A stretch of DNA of 53,488 nt from the NCBI GenBank assembly GCA_036265345.1, contig DATAPE010000165.1:1-53488 (forward strand), given 5' to 3'. Positions 17,149 to 26,723 of the stretch are shown here, in pieces. A model generated the notes under the pieces. The model was not told where the DNA came from. It worked only from the letters and a program-made list of their open reading frames with translations, and made no database searches. Every line of letters begins with the position of its first letter. Within the stretch, counting starts at the first letter, position 1. Origin of the DNA: Actinomycetota bacterium (GTDB lineage Bacteria > Actinomycetota > CADDZG01 > WHSQ01). The translations under genes were made by a program, and so were the position numbers.

Positions 17149-17787
17149 ATGGTCGAGCTGCCGGTACTCGGCCTGCTGAAGGATAGGGCAATGCACGGCT
17201 ATGAGCTGCGCAAGCAGCTCGGCGCCATGCTCGGGCCCTTCTGGCAGGTCTCGTGGGGATCTCTGTACCCGACCCTTCGCCGCCTGGCGAAGGAGGGGGC
17301 CGTGGAGAAAGTGGTCGAGCCCGTCCCGTCGCGCCGGCGCAAGTCGGCGGTAGCCAAGACGGCTGCCCTTAGCCCCGGCCGGCGCAAGTCGGCGGTAGCC
17401 AAGACGGCCGCCCTGAGTCCCGGGCGGCGCAAGACCGTCTACCGGATCACCCCCAAGGGCGACGAGCTGTTCGCCGCCATGCTCGAAGAGACCGCAGCCG
17501 CCGTCGACGCCGAGCACTTCACTCTCAAGCTCGCATTCTTCAGGTACCTGCAGCCCGAGATGCGCCTCGCTCTGCTCGAGCGACGGCGTGCTTACCTCCA
17601 GGACAAGCTGGCCCAATTCAAGTCGAACTTGCGCGACTACCGCGAGCGCATCGATAGCTACACCTTGTCTCTGCAACGCCACGGGATGTCATCGACGGAG
17701 AGAGACATCGCGTGGATCGAGGAACTGATCATGAACGAACGTGGGGTGCGGGGAGACACCGGCCCTACTCCCGAGATCTCGAGCTAA
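17149..17787 (+). CDS. PadR-family transcriptional regulator
   Basis: Track ORF 16975..17787 trimmed to ATG 17149 (MVELPVLGLLKDRAMHGYELRKQL......WQVSWGSLYPTLRRLAKEGAV, the PadR winged-HTH signature). It lies upstream of ino1 as in mycobacteria (Rv0047c-Rv0046c). Confidence 0.85.
   Translation: MVELPVLGLLKDRAMHGYELRKQLGAMLGPFWQVSWGSLYPTLRRLAKEGAVEKVVEPVPSRRRKSAVAKTAALSPGRRKSAVAKTAALSPGRRKTVYRITPKGDELFAAMLEETAAAVDAEHFTLKLAFFRYLQPEMRLALLERRRAYLQDKLAQFKSNLRDYRERIDSYTLSLQRHGMSSTERDIAWIEELIMNERGVRGDTGPTPEISS
17335..17434 (+). repeat. 45-bp tandem duplication (2.2 copies) inside padR encoding RRKSAVAKTAALSPG twice
   Basis: Unit 1 is 17335-17379, unit 2 is 17380-17424, and a partial third copy is 17425-17434. 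The units differ at 4 positions, all third-codon and synonymous. Confidence 0.9.
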
Positions 17788-17799
17788 GGAGGCCTAACC

Positions 17800-18969
17800 A
17801 TGTCGAAGGTGAGAGTCGCGATCGTTGGTGTCGGCAACTGTGCATCGGCGCTGATCCAGGGGGTTGAGTACTACGCAAAAGCAAGGACCGATGAGCCGGT
17901 CCCGGGTTTGATGCACGTCGAGATCGGTCCCTACCACGTTTCCGACGTCGAGTTCACCTGCGCATTCGACGTTGATTCCAACAAAGTGGGCCTCGATCTT
18001 TCCGAGGCCATATGGGCAGAGCCGAATAACACGATCAAGTTCGCCGATGTGCCCAAACTTGGCGTGAAGGTGCAGCGCGGGCACACTTACGACGGCCTGG
18101 GCGAGTTCTACCGGCAGATCGTGACCGAGTCGCCGATGCCGCCGGTCGACGTCGCCAAGATGCTGCGCGACACCAAGACTGATGTCCTCATCAACTACCT
18201 TCCCGTCGGATCGGAGCAAGCTGCTCGTTTCTACGCGGAGCAGGCCCTGGACGCCGGCGTCGCGCTGATCAACTGCATGCCTGTATTCATCGCCACCAAT
18301 GAGGAGTGGGCGCAGAGATTCACGAAGCACAGGCTCCCGATCATCGGTGATGACATCAAGAGCCAGGTTGGCGCCACGATCTCGCATCGCGTCCTCGCGA
18401 AGCTGTTCGAGAACCGCGGCGTGGTGATCGACCACACCTACCAGCTGAACTTCGGCGGCAACATGGACTTCAAGAACATGCTCGAGCGCGAGCGGTTGAA
18501 ATCAAAGAAGATCTCGAAGACACAGTCGGTCACTTCACAGATCACGGCTGGGATAGATTCCGAGGACATCCATATCGGCCCCTCGGATCACGTGCCCTGG
18601 CTGAAAGATCGCAAATGGGCCTACATCCGGATCGAGGGCCGCGAGTTCGGGGACATCCCCATCTCGATGGAGCTCAAGCTCGAGGTATGGGACTCTCCCA
18701 ACTCCGCAGGGGTCGTGATCGATGCGGTCCGGTGCGCCAAGCTCGCGATGGACCGCGGCGTGGGTGGACCTTTGATCGGCCCGAGCGCCTACTTCATGAA
18801 ATCGCCTCCCGTTCAGTTCACCGACAGTGAGGCGCTGGACCTGGTCGAAGACTTCATCGCCGGCGCGCCGATACCGATCGCCACGCTGAACGGCAGCCGC
18901 AACGGTCACGTAAGCAACGGCCACCGCAGCTCCTTCGAGGCAGACGCCGCGCTTCGCCGCAGCCCATAA
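17800..18969 (+). CDS. ino1: inositol-3-phosphate synthase (myo-inositol-1-phosphate synthase)
   Basis: 389 aa. [25 protein letters not shown] and the downstream LNFGGNMDF and SK.ISKT motifs are characteristic of bacterial Ino1. Confidence 0.95.
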   Translation: MSKVRVAIVGVGNCASALIQGVEYYAKARTDEPVPGLMHVEIGPYHVSDVEFTCAFDVDSNKVGLDLSEAIWAEPNNTIKFADVPKLGVKVQRGHTYDGLGEFYRQIVTESPMPPVDVAKMLRDTKTDVLINYLPVGSEQAARFYAEQALDAGVALINCMPVFIATNEEWAQRFTKHRLPIIGDDIKSQVGATISHRVLAKLFENRGVVIDHTYQLNFGGNMDFKNMLERERLKSKKISKTQSVTSQITAGIDSEDIHIGPSDHVPWLKDRKWAYIRIEGREFGDIPISMELKLEVWDSPNSAGVVIDAVRCAKLAMDRGVGGPLIGPSAYFMKSPPVQFTDSEALDLVEDFIAGAPIPIATLNGSRNGHVSNGHRSSFEADAALRRSP

Positions 18970-19061
18970 GCACCCCAGCGCCGGCCCCCCGAGGACCCGA
19001 GGGGGCCCCTGAGGACCCTGTACGCGTCCGGGATCTGCTGGTCTATCCAGACTTCCGTCGG

Positions 19062-20270
19062 TTGTTGCTGGCGCAGTTCCTGGGCCAGGCAGCGGACGGT
19101 TTCGCCCAAGCGGTCTTTGCCTACATCCTGGTGTTGGAGCCACTGAACAGGGGCACCCCCACGCGGATCCTCGCGCTGTTCGTCGTGACCCTGCTTCCCT
19201 ATTCCCTGATCTCTCCATTCCTTGGCGTCTTCGTGGACAGGTGGTCGCGGCGGGGGCTCCTGGTGTGGACGAATGTGATCCGGGCCGCGGTGCTCGTGAC
19301 CGTCCCTCTGTGGGCCCGGGGGGTGCACGGCAACCTTCCCCTCTATCTTTCCGTGTTACTGCTGCTTGGTTTGGGCAGGCTGTTTCTCACGACGAAGGGA
19401 GCCCTCCTTCCCGTGGTGCTCGGCGAGCGAGACCTTCTGAAAGGGAATTCGCTATCGGGCGGAGGCGGCATGATTGCGGCGCTGGCGGGAGGCGTCGTTG
19501 GTGTGGAGCTGCTAAAGGTCGTGACTTCCCACACCGCGCTTGCCCTTGCTGGAGTCGTGTATGCCGGCGCCGCGATGATCGCGGCACGGCTCTCGGAGCC
19601 CTTCTCGCACACCCATGGTCCCCAGAGAACGATGCGCGAAGCGTTCGCCGCAGTGGTCGGCGGCCTCGGCGCTGGGTTGCGAGCCATCTCGGAGCGGCCG
19701 CGGGCGCGGCTCCCCCTGATCGCAATCTTCGTCCTTAGAACGATCGCGATGGTGGCCGCCATCGCCGCCATCCTCATCATCAAACGCGAGTTTCCGGGTG
19801 GCAACAATCACTTCGGCAGGCTGAACTCGGGAGCCTTGGCTCTGGGTTCGGCAGGAGTGGGAGCGTTCGTTGCCGCGCTGCTGGCCCCGTTCGTGGGGGC
19901 ACGCCTGAAGCAGCCCGGCTTGATCGTGGCGGGCTTCGTCGTATCGGGGGCCGGGATCATCGCGCTCGGTGGGATCGACAGCATCGCCGCAGTGTTGGGA
20001 TTGACATTCGTCGTGGGATTCGGCGCGTTCCTTACCAAGGTCGCCGTCGATGCGCAGGTTCAAGAGGCTCTGCCGGACGAGTTCAGGGGTCGCGCGTTCG
20101 CGTTGTACGACATCCTCTACAACCTCGCCAGCGTGTGTGCCGGGCTGCTCATGGTTGGGTTGGAGAGCGAGCCCTTCCGAGGGGTGCTGATCGCATTCGG
20201 GATCCTCACGATCGTCGGAGCCGGTGCGTTCGGCACGGCTATGCGGCGAGCCGGGATGAGCCTTACTTAG
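19062..20270 (+). CDS. MFS transporter
   Basis: 402 aa with 10-12 hydrophobic helices and motif-A-like GVFVDRWSRRG. The true start may lie upstream (see findings). Confidence 0.8.
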   Translation: MLLAQFLGQAADGFAQAVFAYILVLEPLNRGTPTRILALFVVTLLPYSLISPFLGVFVDRWSRRGLLVWTNVIRAAVLVTVPLWARGVHGNLPLYLSVLLLLGLGRLFLTTKGALLPVVLGERDLLKGNSLSGGGGMIAALAGGVVGVELLKVVTSHTALALAGVVYAGAAMIAARLSEPFSHTHGPQRTMREAFAAVVGGLGAGLRAISERPRARLPLIAIFVLRTIAMVAAIAAILIIKREFPGGNNHFGRLNSGALALGSAGVGAFVAALLAPFVGARLKQPGLIVAGFVVSGAGIIALGGIDSIAAVLGLTFVVGFGAFLTKVAVDAQVQEALPDEFRGRAFALYDILYNLASVCAGLLMVGLESEPFRGVLIAFGILTIVGAGAFGTAMRRAGMSLT

Positions 20271-21003
20271 GTTTGCGAGCGACCAGCAGAAACTCCGGGT
20301 GTTCGGTATCGGGGCGCCGGCGAGCGTAGGCGCCTGGGGTCACGGCCCACACCGACTCGGGGATCAGGCCGACGCCGAGGGCCAGGAGACGAAGCTCACG
20401 GGGCGTATAGACGCTGGTCCACATCTCTACTTTGTGCTCGGCGGCAGCCTCGTCCTTGATGTGGCTCCTCTCGTGGACGATGCCGGCATCGGCATCGAAG
20501 GTCTGCCCCTCGTCGAGGTGGGTCACCTGAAAGTACGCGCTGAAAGCGGTGAGAACAACAGTCCCGCCCGGCGTGGCCGCCTCCATCATGCGGCGCAGCA
20601 CCAACGAGTCGTCGGCGCCCATTAGCCCGAATCCGCCCTGGCAGATCGATATGACCGCGTCGAACTCGTCCTCGAAGGGCATCTGACGCGCGTCTACCTC
20701 GAAGAATGCCGCGCCGACGCCGGCCGCCCTGGCAGCCTCGCCGGCAATCTCGAGGAACCGGAGAGAGACGTCGATTCCGGTCACGTTGAGGCCCGCACGA
20801 GCCATCAGCACAGCGTGGCGTCCCGGGCCGCAGCCGACATCGAGGACCCGCGCTCCCTGCGGCAGCTTCAGGAGATCCAGCAGGAAAGCGACCTCCTGCT
20901 CGGTGCCTTTGGTGAAGCCGTACCGAAGGTAAGCGCGGCCCAACTGCTGGCCGATCTGTGCGAAGTAAGGCTCCCCCGGATGGGGAGGGGCGTCACGCAT
21001 CAC
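20263..21003 (-). CDS. class I SAM-dependent methyltransferase
   Basis: 246 aa with motif I RVLDVGCGPGRH, then DAVISICQGGFG and GGTVVLT segments. Confidence 0.8.
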   Translation of the reverse strand: MMRDAPPHPGEPYFAQIGQQLGRAYLRYGFTKGTEQEVAFLLDLLKLPQGARVLDVGCGPGRHAVLMARAGLNVTGIDVSLRFLEIAGEAARAAGVGAAFFEVDARQMPFEDEFDAVISICQGGFGLMGADDSLVLRRMMEAATPGGTVVLTAFSAYFQVTHLDEGQTFDADAGIVHERSHIKDEAAAEHKVEMWTSVYTPRELRLLALGVGLIPESVWAVTPGAYARRRPDTEHPEFLLVARKPK

Positions 21004-22522
21004 TGCCCCCGTCGGGCTCTTTCCCGACTGGCGTTAGCCCTCGAGCGCGCGCCCACGCCGCGAGTCGCCGGTGAGCCTCGTCCGTGCCTATCTCGCCTTC
21101 ATCGAGACGGATCTCCATAAGGAAGTCGCGCGCGTCCCCCACCAGGGGGCCGGGAGGGATCCCCAGGAAAGCCATGATCTGCGTCCCATCCAACTCCGGG
21201 CGCATGCGATCCAGCTGTTCTCGCGCGGCGAGCTCGTTGATCCGAGCTTGCAGTTCGTCGATGCGCGCGGCGAGCACTTTTGCTCTCGCCTCGTTGCGCG
21301 TTGTGCAGTCTGCTCTGACGAGATCGTTGAGCTTGTCGAGCAGGGGGCCCGCGTCTCGCACGTATCGCCTGACCGCAGAGTCTCTCCACCCCAGGCGGTA
21401 AGTGTGGAAGCGGTGATGCAGCGCAATCAGCTCCCGCACGTGCGCGACGACCTCGTTCGGATATCGAAGCGCGCGCAACCTCTCCTCGGCCATTTGGGCC
21501 CCCACGATTTCGTGGTGATGAAACGAGACGCCCTTCCCGGAGATCCTGCGCGTTTTCGGTTTGCCGATGTCGTGCAGGAGCGCCGCCAACCTCAATTCCA
21601 GATCCCTAGGTGTTCTCTCGATCACTGCGAGCGTGTGACTGAATACATCCTTGTGACGGTGCACAGGGTCCTGTTCGAGCTTGAGAGACGACAGCTCCGG
21701 CAGGAAGAGCTGGGTCAATCCCGTGGCCTCCGCCTGTTCCAGCGCCACCCCCGGCGCCGTGCCGACGAGTAGCCTCGACAACTCGTCCCGGATCCGCTCC
21801 GCGGACACCGTCTTGATCTCGTTCTTCAACCGTGCGATCGCCTCCAGAACCGCGTCGTCGATCCGAAACTCCAGCTCGGAAGCGAACCGGAACGCACGCA
21901 ACATGCGCAGGGGGTCATCGGTGAACGAGTCTTCCGGGTCGCTGGGGGTGCGCAACACGCGCGCGGCGATATCGTCCCGGCCCCCGAACGGATCCACCGG
22001 GGTGAGGTCCGGAAGCCGAACTGCCATCGCATTGATCGTGAAGTCGCGACGGGACAGGTCGGTTACGACGTCGGCCTCGAAGGAGACCTCTGGGTGGCGA
22101 GATGCCTCCTTGTATCGCTCAGTGCGGAATGTCGTGATCTCGATCCTCTGGGCCGCGATCTCCACCCCCACGGTCCCGAAGCGAATCCCCTGGAGCCACA
22201 TCCTTGCCGCCACGGGGCGCGTTATCGCCTGGACGTCTTCGGGAGTCGCGTCGGTGGACAGGTCCAGATCCGTGCCCGCGCTGCGCCCCAGCCAAGCGTC
22301 GCGCACGGACCCGCCCACGAGGAACAGCTCGTGGTGCGCCCGCTCGAACCTGTCGGCAAGGTCGAGCAGTGGAGAAGGCGGTGTCAGCAGTCCGGCAAGG
22401 CTCCCCTGGCCCCCCGCGGAAGGCGGGCGAGGGCCTGGCGAGGGCCGCTGAGACCGGCCGATGGATGGCGTCATGGGGCTCCATTGTCCCTGTCGGGAGG
22501 AGGCCGGGGGTGGCGAGCCCAA
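20993..22522 (-). CDS. cca: CCA-adding tRNA nucleotidyltransferase with HD domain
   Basis: 509 aa. LVGGSVRD..LG....DLD nucleotidyltransferase motif, RDFTINA, and HD domain HRHKDVF.H......LHDIGKP. The N-terminal start is uncertain (alternative ATG at about 22474). Confidence 0.85.
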   Translation of the reverse strand: MGSPPPASSRQGQWSPMTPSIGRSQRPSPGPRPPSAGGQGSLAGLLTPPSPLLDLADRFERAHHELFLVGGSVRDAWLGRSAGTDLDLSTDATPEDVQAITRPVAARMWLQGIRFGTVGVEIAAQRIEITTFRTERYKEASRHPEVSFEADVVTDLSRRDFTINAMAVRLPDLTPVDPFGGRDDIAARVLRTPSDPEDSFTDDPLRMLRAFRFASELEFRIDDAVLEAIARLKNEIKTVSAERIRDELSRLLVGTAPGVALEQAEATGLTQLFLPELSSLKLEQDPVHRHKDVFSHTLAVIERTPRDLELRLAALLHDIGKPKTRRISGKGVSFHHHEIVGAQMAEERLRALRYPNEVVAHVRELIALHHRFHTYRLGWRDSAVRRYVRDAGPLLDKLNDLVRADCTTRNEARAKVLAARIDELQARINELAAREQLDRMRPELDGTQIMAFLGIPPGPLVGDARDFLMEIRLDEGEIGTDEAHRRLAAWARARGLTPVGKEPDGGSDA

Positions 22523-22623
22523 AAGTGGGAAAAAGTGGACCTTTCGCCCGGTCTGTTTGTGCGCGATACTCGCATTTCGGGGGCGATTAAGAAGTAGTCA
22601 CCCCATTGCCAGGAGGTGCGGCT

Positions 22624-22815
22624 GTGGCCGATACCGAAAAGATGTCCCGAGCGGACGCGGGACGCAAGGGGGGTCGAACCACCAAGGAACGTTACGGTGG
22701 TGAGCACTTCGGCCGGATCGGAAAGATCGGTGGAAAGAAGGGGGGCGAAACCACCAAGAGTCGCTACGGCGCCGAGTTCTACCAGAAGATCGGTCGGATC
22801 GGCGGTTCTAAGTAA
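22624..22815 (+). CDS. KGG-repeat general stress protein (YciG-like)
   Basis: Track ORF 22606..22815. GTG 22624 lies 7 nt after AGGAGG (22611-22616). Repeated G.KGG.TTK.RYG.E.F..IG..GG modules are typical of KGG stress-induced proteins. Confidence 0.7.
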   Translation: MADTEKMSRADAGRKGGRTTKERYGGEHFGRIGKIGGKKGGETTKSRYGAEFYQKIGRIGGSK

Positions 22816-22851
22816 GACGTCAACTCCGTTGAACGACATCTAGCTCTATCT

Positions 22852-25092
22852 ATGCTGGGGATGATGCCCCGGCACGTTCGCACCAAGAGATACATGGGCC
22901 CGTGCGCCGCGGCAACAGCCGCGGCGCTGCTCTTTGTGCTGGGGATGACCGCGGTACCCGCAAGTGGCGCGACCGCGACGGACGTCAGTCTTCGGCTTGT
23001 ATCGCAGCGCCCGTGGCTAGCACCCGGCTCCCATCTGGGAATCACTGTGCGCCTCACCAACGCCGGAACCACGGACTTACACGGCTTCTTGGTTCGGGTG
23101 GCTGCTTACGACCGGATAACCAGCCGATCTGACCTGCACGCGAGCTTCAACGGCACATCTCAGGTCCCCGCCAGCGCGTTCACCGAGTACTTCCCGGCCA
23201 CACGGCTCCGTGCCGGCACGTCGCGCGATGTCCACCTTCATCAGCACGTCGCCGCATTGCGCTCGCTGGGCGTTGCACCCGACGGGGGCGTGTTTCCCCT
23301 GTCGATCTATCTCTACGATGCCGGTGGCACTCAGCTTCTCGATTCGCTCACAACCTCGCTCATCTACTACCCCGACCCTCACCCGGTGCCGCTGAACATC
23401 GTGATGGTCGTTCCCCTTGATGCGATCCCGGCGGAAGGCGCCGACGGGATCTTTCATGCCGATCCCCTCGGGAGGTACCCTCTCGTCGACGCCCTAGCGC
23501 CCTCAGGGTGGCTAACCGGGATGCTTGTTGCGCTGCAACACTCGACGTCTCCTCAGCCCCGGGAACAGGCGACTCCAAACGGGCACCGCCGGACGCAGAG
23601 GGATCGAGGGTTGAACACGCTGGCGCCTCTCCGAATAGCCCTGGCCCCCTCACCGCGCTTGATCGCGGAGATCGCCGACCTGTCGAACGGTTTCACGCAG
23701 GAGAGCAACGACAAGGTCGAGCAGATCGGAGCCCGCTCGCGCACCGCTCGCGCCGCTGCTGGCTTCCTGGACCGCTTCGGCTCGCTCGTGGCATCGCGGC
23801 GCGTGCAGACGATGTTGACGCCATATTCGGTGCCCGATCTTCCTTCACTCGACCGCAACTTCGACCTCGAGCATCTCGCACGGCAGCTGAAGGCCGGGCA
23901 GGACGTGTTGCAGTCGAGGATCGGGGCGCACGCGGGCTGGCTGTTCCCCCCCGCCGGCCGGCTCGATGCCCCCACCCTTGACGACCTCAGGCTGGCGGGG
24001 GCCGCCGCGCACACCGTCGTCTCTGAAGCCGCCCTCCAACAACCCGCTGACCCCTCTTCGGGGGGATGTCCATCGACCTTCGCCACCTTCGCCTGTCCGA
24101 TCCGCATCCGGTCGGAGAACAGCAGCAGCGTGGGGTTCCAAGCAGACACCGGTTTGCAGCAGCGTCTCGTCGAGCTCGAGCGGCCGGGTGACGATCGTCT
24201 CGACCTCCAGAGGTTCCTTGCCGAGACTTCCATGATCCAAGCCGAGACTCCCGGTGTGAGCGGGCGCGTGGTGGAGGCAACGGCACCGCCTTTATGGCAT
24301 CCGAATGCGAGGTTGGCCGCGTCGTTCTTCAGAGATCTGGCCCAGGCTCCGTGGTTGCAAGCGTTGACACCGCGGGCGGCCTTGCGCCGCGGCCCCGCGC
24401 TCGTCACCAAACACCTGGTTGCGTCGGCGTCTGGCCTTCGGACGGAACCAGCCCAGTCGTACTTCTCTGCCATCACGGCCGCGGAGGCGTTGGTGGAGCA
24501 CTACGCCACCACGCTGTCCGACACGCCCCGCCCGCCCGCGCTGCTCGACCGCTTGCGTCAGGACGTCCTTGTCGCTCAAAGCCGATTGTGGTGGGCAAAC
24601 TCCTCGACGCTCCAAGAGGGTGCCGCTTACGCCTCTGTTGCCCGGGCTCAAGCCACCCGCGAGCTAGACAAGGTGTCCATCGGAGGGGTCAACGAGATCT
24701 CGATGACATCGCAGCGCGCCCAGATCCCGTTCGTCCTGTCCAGTCGCGCCGATCACCCTGTAACGATCAACGTCGATCTGTTCTCGCCAAAGTTGGGCTT
24801 TAACCGGTCCCAGCTCAAGGGCATTGTCGTACAGCATGGAACCCAACAGATCGCGGTTCAGGCGACCGCGCAGGCTAGCGGCATCTTCCCGGTGGAGGTC
24901 ACCGTGGAGACGCCGGACGGCTACGTACTGGCGCGGAAGTCGATCCAGGTTCGCTCCACGAACTTCAACCAGATCGCACTCGGTCTGACGGTGGGGGCAC
25001 TCGTCTTCCTGATCGCTTTCTATGTGTGGGGCCTGGTCAAGAAACGAAGAGAGCGAGACGCGGGCCCAACCCAAGGCGCTCCCACCGCGTGA
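22852..25092 (+). CDS. large secreted/membrane-anchored protein (DUF6049-like, Rv3909 position)
   Basis: 746 aa with an N-terminal signal-like segment (AAATAAALLFVLGMTAVPASG) and a C-terminal TM helix (IALGLTVGALVFLIAFYVWGLV) followed by KKRRER. It is immediately upstream of, and overlapping, murJ, as in other actinobacteria. Confidence 0.7.
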   Translation: MLGMMPRHVRTKRYMGPCAAATAAALLFVLGMTAVPASGATATDVSLRLVSQRPWLAPGSHLGITVRLTNAGTTDLHGFLVRVAAYDRITSRSDLHASFNGTSQVPASAFTEYFPATRLRAGTSRDVHLHQHVAALRSLGVAPDGGVFPLSIYLYDAGGTQLLDSLTTSLIYYPDPHPVPLNIVMVVPLDAIPAEGADGIFHADPLGRYPLVDALAPSGWLTGMLVALQHSTSPQPREQATPNGHRRTQRDRGLNTLAPLRIALAPSPRLIAEIADLSNGFTQESNDKVEQIGARSRTARAAAGFLDRFGSLVASRRVQTMLTPYSVPDLPSLDRNFDLEHLARQLKAGQDVLQSRIGAHAGWLFPPAGRLDAPTLDDLRLAGAAAHTVVSEAALQQPADPSSGGCPSTFATFACPIRIRSENSSSVGFQADTGLQQRLVELERPGDDRLDLQRFLAETSMIQAETPGVSGRVVEATAPPLWHPNARLAASFFRDLAQAPWLQALTPRAALRRGPALVTKHLVASASGLRTEPAQSYFSAITAAEALVEHYATTLSDTPRPPALLDRLRQDVLVAQSRLWWANSSTLQEGAAYASVARAQATRELDKVSIGGVNEISMTSQRAQIPFVLSSRADHPVTINVDLFSPKLGFNRSQLKGIVVQHGTQQIAVQATAQASGIFPVEVTVETPDGYVLARKSIQVRSTNFNQIALGLTVGALVFLIAFYVWGLVKKRRERDAGPTQGAPTA

Positions 25093-26687
25093 GCACCCTC
25101 GCGTTCTCGACGGCAATCATGTCGTTGGGAACGGTCCTCTCACGTGTCACGGGACTCTTCCGGCTGTCGGCGGTTGCGTCGGCTTTGGGTATCACCGAAT
25201 CCGGGCACCTAGCCGACGCCTACAACCTGGCGAACACCGCGCCCAACATCATCTACGAGTTGGTGCTGGGGGGCGTTCTGACATCGGTCTTCGTCCCGCT
25301 CTTCGTCGAGTTGATCGAGAAAGAAGACCGCGACCGAGCCTGGGAAGTAGCGACGGGCCTTATCAACGTGTCTCTCGGCGTGCTGAGCGCGGTCACTCTG
25401 CTCGGGATCGGCGTAGCGCCCCTGATCGCGAAGATCTACTCGTCCCGGTTGCACGGTGAGGAAGCACTGCTCCAACAGCACGTCATCACCTTTCTCCTAC
25501 GTTTGTTCATCCCGCAGATCTTTTTCTATGGTCTGTATTTCCTTATCGCGGGTCTGTTGAACGCGCACCGCCGGTTCGGGCCGCCGATGTTCACTCCGGT
25601 CTTGAACAACGTTGTCGTTATCGCGGTATTCGTGTGGTTCCACCACCTCTACGGTCACGTCACTCTAAGCACGGTGACGACGCCGCAACTATGGCTCATG
25701 GGACTTGGAACCACTGCAGGAGTGGCGGCCGCCGGGGTAACGCTGATCCCATACATGCGCGGGTTGGGTCGCTACCGGCTCAACTTCTCCATCAGCCATC
25801 CGTCGGTTAAGAAGCTGGCTCGTCTCTCGGTATTCGTCTTGGGTTACGTCGTCGTCAATCAGATCGGCTATCTCGTCGTGCAATACCTCGCCAACGGTCA
25901 GCCCGGCGGCTACAGCGCCTTTGTGAATGCCTTCACGTTCTTCATGTTGCCGCACGGATTGTTTGCCGTATCGGTGATAACCGCGCTGCTGCCGGGAATG
26001 AGCGAGCACGCGGTTCACGAGCAGTGGGACCAATTCCGGGAACGTCTATCTATCGGCATCAGAGCAACGTTGCTGCTTATCCTTCCTGCTTCCGTCGGTT
26101 ATCTCGTGTTGGGCGATCCCATCGTGCGCACCCTGCTGCAGCACGGCGTGATGACCGCACGTTCGACGGAACTGGTCGCAACCGTGCTGCGATTCTTCGT
26201 CCTCGGGTTGGTTCCGTTCTCCGTCTTCCAGCTGCTGTCGCGCGCGTTCTACGCGATGCAAGACACCAAAACTCCCTTTGTGATCAATTGCTACGCGGTT
26301 GGCGCCAACATCGTGATCGACTTCCCGCTGTTCTTTGCGATGGGCGTCAAGGGATTGGCGCTGGGACAGACACTGTCTTATCTACTCGGAGTCGTTCTGC
26401 AACTGCGGTCGCTGCGAAAAAGGATCGCCCGGATCGACGGGAGACGGCTGCTGTCCAGCGGACTGCGGATCACTGCAGCCTCAGCAGTGATGGGGGCCCT
26501 CGTGTGGCTCACCTACCAAGGGTTGCTGCGCATCACGACGATCAGCGCGCTCGGGGACCTCGCGCAGGTGGCGCTTCCAGTGGCGGTGGGGATCGCCTCT
26601 TATCTCGCACTTGCGAACCTGTTCAAGGTAGAGGAGTTGGACTACGTCCGGTCACTCCTGGCGCGCCGGCTGCACCGCGCGGGGTAA
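25089..26687 (+). CDS. murJ: lipid II flippase MurJ (MviN)
   Basis: Track ORF 25026..26687 trimmed to GTG 25089 (GTGA overlap with the upstream stop). STAIMSLGTVLSRVTGLFR..... is the typical MurJ N-terminus, with about 14 TM helices. There is no fused kinase-like domain. Confidence 0.9.
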   Translation: MSTLAFSTAIMSLGTVLSRVTGLFRLSAVASALGITESGHLADAYNLANTAPNIIYELVLGGVLTSVFVPLFVELIEKEDRDRAWEVATGLINVSLGVLSAVTLLGIGVAPLIAKIYSSRLHGEEALLQQHVITFLLRLFIPQIFFYGLYFLIAGLLNAHRRFGPPMFTPVLNNVVVIAVFVWFHHLYGHVTLSTVTTPQLWLMGLGTTAGVAAAGVTLIPYMRGLGRYRLNFSISHPSVKKLARLSVFVLGYVVVNQIGYLVVQYLANGQPGGYSAFVNAFTFFMLPHGLFAVSVITALLPGMSEHAVHEQWDQFRERLSIGIRATLLLILPASVGYLVLGDPIVRTLLQHGVMTARSTELVATVLRFFVLGLVPFSVFQLLSRAFYAMQDTKTPFVINCYAVGANIVIDFPLFFAMGVKGLALGQTLSYLLGVVLQLRSLRKRIARIDGRRLLSSGLRITAASAVMGALVWLTYQGLLRITTISALGDLAQVALPVAVGIASYLALANLFKVEELDYVRSLLARRLHRAG

Positions 26688-26723
26688 CCAAGGGATGGGC
26701 CGGGGAGCACATAACATCAAACG

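Noticed and set aside
22540-22605. Possible SigB/SigF-type stress promoter (GTTT ... GGGGGCGAT) upstream of the KGG gene
   Set aside because: The spacing between the GTTT and GGG elements is about 20 nt, longer than the 14-17 nt of known stress-sigma promoters, and the -10 part is a poor match.
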